Source of the DNA: a virus
Lineage: Duplodnaviria; Caudoviricetes
Length of the DNA stretch: 64,000 nt
Virus record (IMG/VR): IMGVR_UViG_3300047457_000974
Coordinates: 2,209-66,208 of that record
Direction: 5' to 3' (one strand)
Shown here: one piece after another, positions 60,104-64,000 of the stretch
How positions within the stretch are numbered: the stretch's first letter is position 1
How the letters are laid out: every line of letters begins with the position of its first letter
Notes under the pieces: model-generated
What the model saw: only the letters and a program-made list of their open reading frames with translations
Told to the model about the DNA's origin: nothing
Database searches by the model: none
Translations under genes and position numbers: made by a program

Positions 60104-62737
60104 ATGCCCGACATCCTCGCTGCAGCATCCGGTCGGTGGCCGGAGCTGCTGATGGAGCTTGGCGGCCTGACGCCAGACCAGCTCACGGACGACCACCAGC
60201 CCTGCCCCGCCTGCGGCGGCACCGATCGCTACCGCTGGGATCGCGACGACGGCCCCGGCGGCTGGTTCTGCAACCAGTGCGGCGGGAAGGACCACCAGGG
60301 CGGCGCCGGCTCCGGCCTTGACCTGCTGATGCGCGTCCGCGGCTGGGACCTCAAGCAGGCCCTGGCCGCGGTTGAGCGGCATCTCGGGCTGGAGCCCGAC
60401 GCACCCGCCCGCAGCCGCAAGCCCGGCCGACCGCACCGGGCCCCGGACAAGCCACCGCCGTTCGCCGCGCCGCCGCGCCTGGGCAACGCCGTTGCGCAGT
60501 GGTGTTACCGCGATGCCAACGGCGAGCAGCTGTTCTGGATCCAGCGGTTCGACCCCGCACCCGGCCGCAAATCGTTCATCCACCGCGTCTGGCTTGATGG
60601 TCAGTGGCACTACCCACGCTCCCGCGGCGTTGATGCTGACCCGTTCACCTGTGAATGGCCCTCACCCCGGCCGCTCTACCGCCTGCCGGACCTGATCGAT
60701 CGGCCCGACGAGCCGGTGCTGGTGGTCGAAGGCGAGAAGGCTGCCGATGCCGCCGCGGCGCTGTTCCCCGATCACGTCGTCGTCAGCTGGTCCAATGGCT
60801 CCAAGGCCATTCGGCATGTGGACTGGCAGCCGCTGGCCGGCCGCACCTGCCGCCTTTGGCCCGACAACGACACCCAGGGCCGCGAGGCGATGACCGCCCT
60901 GGCCGCCCGGCTGGTGGTCATCGGCTGCAGTGTTGCCATCGCCGACTACCCGGCTGACTCCGTGCCCGAAGGCTGGGACCTGGCCGATGCGAACTGGACG
61001 CCGCAGACGGCCGCCGGGGCACTTGAGCGGGTGCTGCGGGAGGTGAAGGCGCCGGCTAAGCCCGAGCCCGCACCGGCTGAGCCTGCCCCCGCGGCGCCCG
61101 CCGCTGCCGATGCTCCCCAGCCGTTCACATGCCTCGGCTTCGATGACGGCGGCTACTACTACCAGCCGGGTGATACCGGCCAGGTCATCCGCATCGGTGG
61201 CAGCAGCCACAACGCGACCAACCTGCTGCGCCTCGCTGACATCGCCTACTGGGAGACGCTGTTCCCCGGCCCCCGCGGCACCAACTGGAACTCTGCCATC
61301 TCGCACCTGTTCCGTCAGCAGGCCCGCGTCGGTGTCTACAGCCCCGATCGGATCCGCGGCCGTGGTGCCTGGTGGGACAAGGGTCGCAGCGTCCTGCACC
61401 TGGGTGATCGCCTCATCGTTGACGGCACCACCTACCCGGTCACGGCACCACCACCCAGCACCTACAGCTACCAGCGGCTGGCCAGCATCGAGATCCCCGA
61501 TGGCCTGGAGCCCCTCAGCGACATCGAAGGGATGGAGCTGCTCGACATCGCCAACCGCTTCCTCTGGGAGGTGCCCGCCTCCGGCCTGCTGATGGCTGGA
61601 TGGGTCGCCCTGGCGCCGATCTGTGGGTCGCTCAGCTGGCGCCCCCATCTCTGGCTCACCGCCGCCGCTGGCAGCGGCAAAACCGCCCTGCTCGATCGCT
61701 ACATCGGCCCGCTGCTCGACAGCCTGGCGCTATGGCCTGAAGGCAACACCACCGAGGCCTTCATCCGGCAGGAGCTGCGCAGCGATGCCCGGGCCGTCGT
61801 CTTCGACGAGGCCGAGAGCAACGAGAAGGCCGACCGCGATCGGATCCAGAACATTCTGGCGCTTGCCCGCGTCGCATCCAGCTCCGGCCGTGGCGTCATC
61901 GGCAAGGGTGGCGCCGATGGTGCCGCGCAGCGCTTCGTCGTGCGCTCCATGTTCCTGCTCTGCTCCATCAGCACCGCGCTCAAACAGGGCGCCGACCAGT
62001 CCCGCTTTGCGCAGCTCACCCTGCGCTCGCCCAACTCCCTCGCCAAAATCGAACGCCAGGCGCATTGGAAGGCGCTCGACAGCGACCTGGCGCGGCACGT
62101 CACCGCAGAGGCCGGACACCGCCTGCTGCTGCGCTCCGTGGCGCTTATCCCGATCATCCGCGACTCCGCTGCCGTATTCCGCCGCGCCGCTGCCGATCGC
62201 TTCGACTCCCAGCGACAGGGCGACCAGTACGGCACCCTCCTGGCTGGCGCATGGTCACTCTTCAGCTCACAGGTGCCGACCGAAGCGCAGGCGCTGCAGC
62301 TCATTGACGACAACGACTGGCAGCCCTATCGCGAAGCGTCCGATCGACCTGATGAGCTGCGCTGCATTCAGGCGATCCTCCAGCATCAGATCCGCGTTGA
62401 GGGTGATCGCGGTAACGCCTACCAGCGGACCATCGGCGAACTGGTAGAACTGGCCAATCCCGCAGCCGTCGTCATGTCCCCGGAGGTGAGCGGCAAGGCT
62501 GCTGCTGACCACCTGGGCCGCATCGGGCTGCGGGTCGAAGATGGCGCCCTGCTAGTCAGCAACACCGCCGAGGGCATTCGCAAGATCCTGGCTGACACCG
62601 CCTGGGCGCACTGCTGGCCCACGGTGCTCTGCCGCATCGCCGGCGCACGCAAGGAGGGCGCCAAGCGGTTCAACAAAGGCCCCGGTGGTGTGTCGAGATG
62701 CGCAGCGCTGCCGCTCTCGCAGCTCGACTCAGATTGA
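60104..62737 (+). CDS. Primase-helicase (zinc-binding domain, Toprim, P-loop helicase)
   Basis: HQPCPACGGTDRYR, VEGEKAAD, WPDND, GWDLAD, AAAGSGKT, FDEAE. Confidence 0.92.
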   Translation: MPDILAAASGRWPELLMELGGLTPDQLTDDHQPCPACGGTDRYRWDRDDGPGGWFCNQCGGKDHQGGAGSGLDLLMRVRGWDLKQALAAVERHLGLEPDAPARSRKPGRPHRAPDKPPPFAAPPRLGNAVAQWCYRDANGEQLFWIQRFDPAPGRKSFIHRVWLDGQWHYPRSRGVDADPFTCEWPSPRPLYRLPDLIDRPDEPVLVVEGEKAADAAAALFPDHVVVSWSNGSKAIRHVDWQPLAGRTCRLWPDNDTQGREAMTALAARLVVIGCSVAIADYPADSVPEGWDLADANWTPQTAAGALERVLREVKAPAKPEPAPAEPAPAAPAAADAPQPFTCLGFDDGGYYYQPGDTGQVIRIGGSSHNATNLLRLADIAYWETLFPGPRGTNWNSAISHLFRQQARVGVYSPDRIRGRGAWWDKGRSVLHLGDRLIVDGTTYPVTAPPPSTYSYQRLASIEIPDGLEPLSDIEGMELLDIANRFLWEVPASGLLMAGWVALAPICGSLSWRPHLWLTAAAGSGKTALLDRYIGPLLDSLALWPEGNTTEAFIRQELRSDARAVVFDEAESNEKADRDRIQNILALARVASSSGRGVIGKGGADGAAQRFVVRSMFLLCSISTALKQGADQSRFAQLTLRSPNSLAKIERQAHWKALDSDLARHVTAEAGHRLLLRSVALIPIIRDSAAVFRRAAADRFDSQRQGDQYGTLLAGAWSLFSSQVPTEAQALQLIDDNDWQPYREASDRPDELRCIQAILQHQIRVEGDRGNAYQRTIGELVELANPAAVVMSPEVSGKAAADHLGRIGLRVEDGALLVSNTAEGIRKILADTAWAHCWPTVLCRIAGARKEGAKRFNKGPGGVSRCAALPLSQLDSD

Positions 62738-62739
62738 CC

Positions 62740-63100
62740 CACCAGCAAGCGTTACAGCCCCAGATCCCTTGCGGCAACAGGGGTCTGGGGCTTTCGCATG
62801 CCTGTAACGCCTGTAGCGGCCGTAATAGGGCCTGTAACCGCTCAAATCGCTTGCAGCGCAAGGGGTTTGGGGCGGTCGGCCGGTTTGTAACGCTCCGGCG
62901 GGAACACATCCCCCCCCCTACACGTGTACGCGCATGTGCGCAAGTGCGTAACGCACTAGACCCCTCTCTCTATATATATATCTCTTTGGTTACAGGGTTA
63001 CATACGTTACAGGGGGCCGAGAACCCAGTCAGGGCGCGGAATCCGGCTGTAACGGTTTCTGTAACGCCCCGAGTTCATGCCGTTACAACCCTTGCAACGA
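62740..63100. other. Putative replication origin (GTTACA iterons plus CT/TA tract)
   Basis: About ten GTTACA/TGTAAC hexamers around CTCTCTCTATATATATATCTCTTT (about 62964-62987), directly after the primase gene. Confidence 0.75.
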
Positions 63101-63205
63101 CTGGGCTCCTGCTGTTGCGCCTGGCGGGGCCTGGCGTTACTGGGGCGCCACGGTTGCGGTAACGCAGCACAATGGCGCTATGCTTCCCGCATCGCCGCGT
63201 TGCCG

Positions 63206-63799
63206 ATGGCCACCCTCCGCGACCTCAAGCCGGATCCCCGCAACGCCCGCAAGCGCACCGACCGCTCCGCGTCGCTGATCCAGGAGTCTCTGCAGCGCTT
63301 CGGCGCCGCCCGCTCGATCGTCATTGATGAGGACAACCGGATCCTCGCCGGCAACGGCACCGTCGAAGGCGCCAAGGCCGCCGGCATCGAGAAGGTCCGC
63401 ATCATCGAGGCCAGCGGCGATGAGCTGGTGGCCGTACGCCGCACCGGCCTCACTGAGGAGCAGAAGATCGGCCTGGCGCTGGCCGACAACCGCACCAGCG
63501 ACCTGAGCGACTGGGATCCGCTGATGCTGCAGCAACTCAGCGAGACGCACGACGTGTCGCCGTGGTTTGAGCCGGAGGATCTCAACGCACTGATCGGCGA
63601 TCCCGAGCCTGAGCGTCCTAGCTACACCCCTATTCTTAACCCTATCCAGGGATCTGGCCTTGGCGTCACGGATGAAAAGATTGCGCAGCAGCAAGAAAAG
63701 CTTGACAATCAGTTCATTGCTAAAGCCAATCAAAACTTAGTCCAGATTACTTGTCCACATTGCGACGAGACATTTACCCTTGAAAAGGAATCGATCTGA
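63206..63799 (+). CDS. ParB N-terminal-like domain protein
   Basis: LKPDPRNAR, SIVIDEDNRILAGNG, LADNRTSDLSDWD, C-terminal CPHC. Confidence 0.85.
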   Translation: MATLRDLKPDPRNARKRTDRSASLIQESLQRFGAARSIVIDEDNRILAGNGTVEGAKAAGIEKVRIIEASGDELVAVRRTGLTEEQKIGLALADNRTSDLSDWDPLMLQQLSETHDVSPWFEPEDLNALIGDPEPERPSYTPILNPIQGSGLGVTDEKIAQQQEKLDNQFIAKANQNLVQITCPHCDETFTLEKESI

Positions 63800-64000
63800 T
63801 GACCGCTCTCTTAACGATGACGACTCAGCAGGTCGGCGAGCTGCTTGAACAGCAAAAGTACGTTTTCGCCAAGACCATGCCGTGGTGCCCACACTGGTAC
63901 ACCCTCAAGAAAACGTGGAGCGACGGAAACATCTATCGCGATGTCATCGCCTGGATCCTTAAAAACGGCGAGCTTCGCAAGTGGGGCAAACGTTCTGCCG
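63799..64000 (+). CDS. Hypothetical protein, 3'-truncated by the window edge
   Basis: MTALLTMTTQQVGELLEQQKYVFAKTMPWCPHWYTLKK..., open to the end of the window. Confidence 0.6.
   Translation, partial: MTALLTMTTQQVGELLEQQKYVFAKTMPWCPHWYTLKKTWSDGNIYRDVIAWILKNGELRKWGKRSA

Noticed and set aside
62698-63162. 154-aa ORF over the origin region
   Set aside because: Low-complexity translation of iterons and the TA tract; more likely non-coding.

Overview
The window is a nearly complete genome of a GC-rich temperate siphovirus that most likely infects freshwater picocyanobacteria. Host evidence: cyanobacterial-type AbrB, SigF-like sigma, NrdJ, ThyX and DnaN, an NblA-like peptide, and frequent CGATCG/GCGATCGC (HIP1) sites. 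About 0.4-37.5 kb holds packaging, head, tail and lysis genes, interleaved with accessory genes. About 37.6-41.4 kb holds nrdJ and a large serine integrase, head-to-head. About 41.4-59.8 kb is a minus-strand early/replication arm. About 59.9-64 kb holds an RHH regulator, a primase-helicase, an iteron origin and a ParB/IbrB-type module that probably continues around the circle into position 1. The main unexplained structures are: (1) about 20 copies of an octamer GG(A/C)AA(G/C)CT just upstream of late genes, including back-to-back divergent pairs, together with a sigma factor whose region 4 looks degenerate and which ends in a clamp-binding-like QLGLL motif, in a phage that encodes its own beta clamp (a possible T4-like clamp-coupled late transcription system built from different parts); (2) five dispersed basic proteins sharing an N-terminal MARTY(K/N)RDxxGRF-Gly leader but with different C-terminal cargo, one being a J-domain; (3) a hairpin-plus-CCA-tract repeat separating small genes at 46-48 kb; (4) a 22-bp palindromic operator at about 8 sites; (5) a MuF head protein with two tandem ParB-like modules. 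All protein calls come from motif recognition by eye; no database searches were run.
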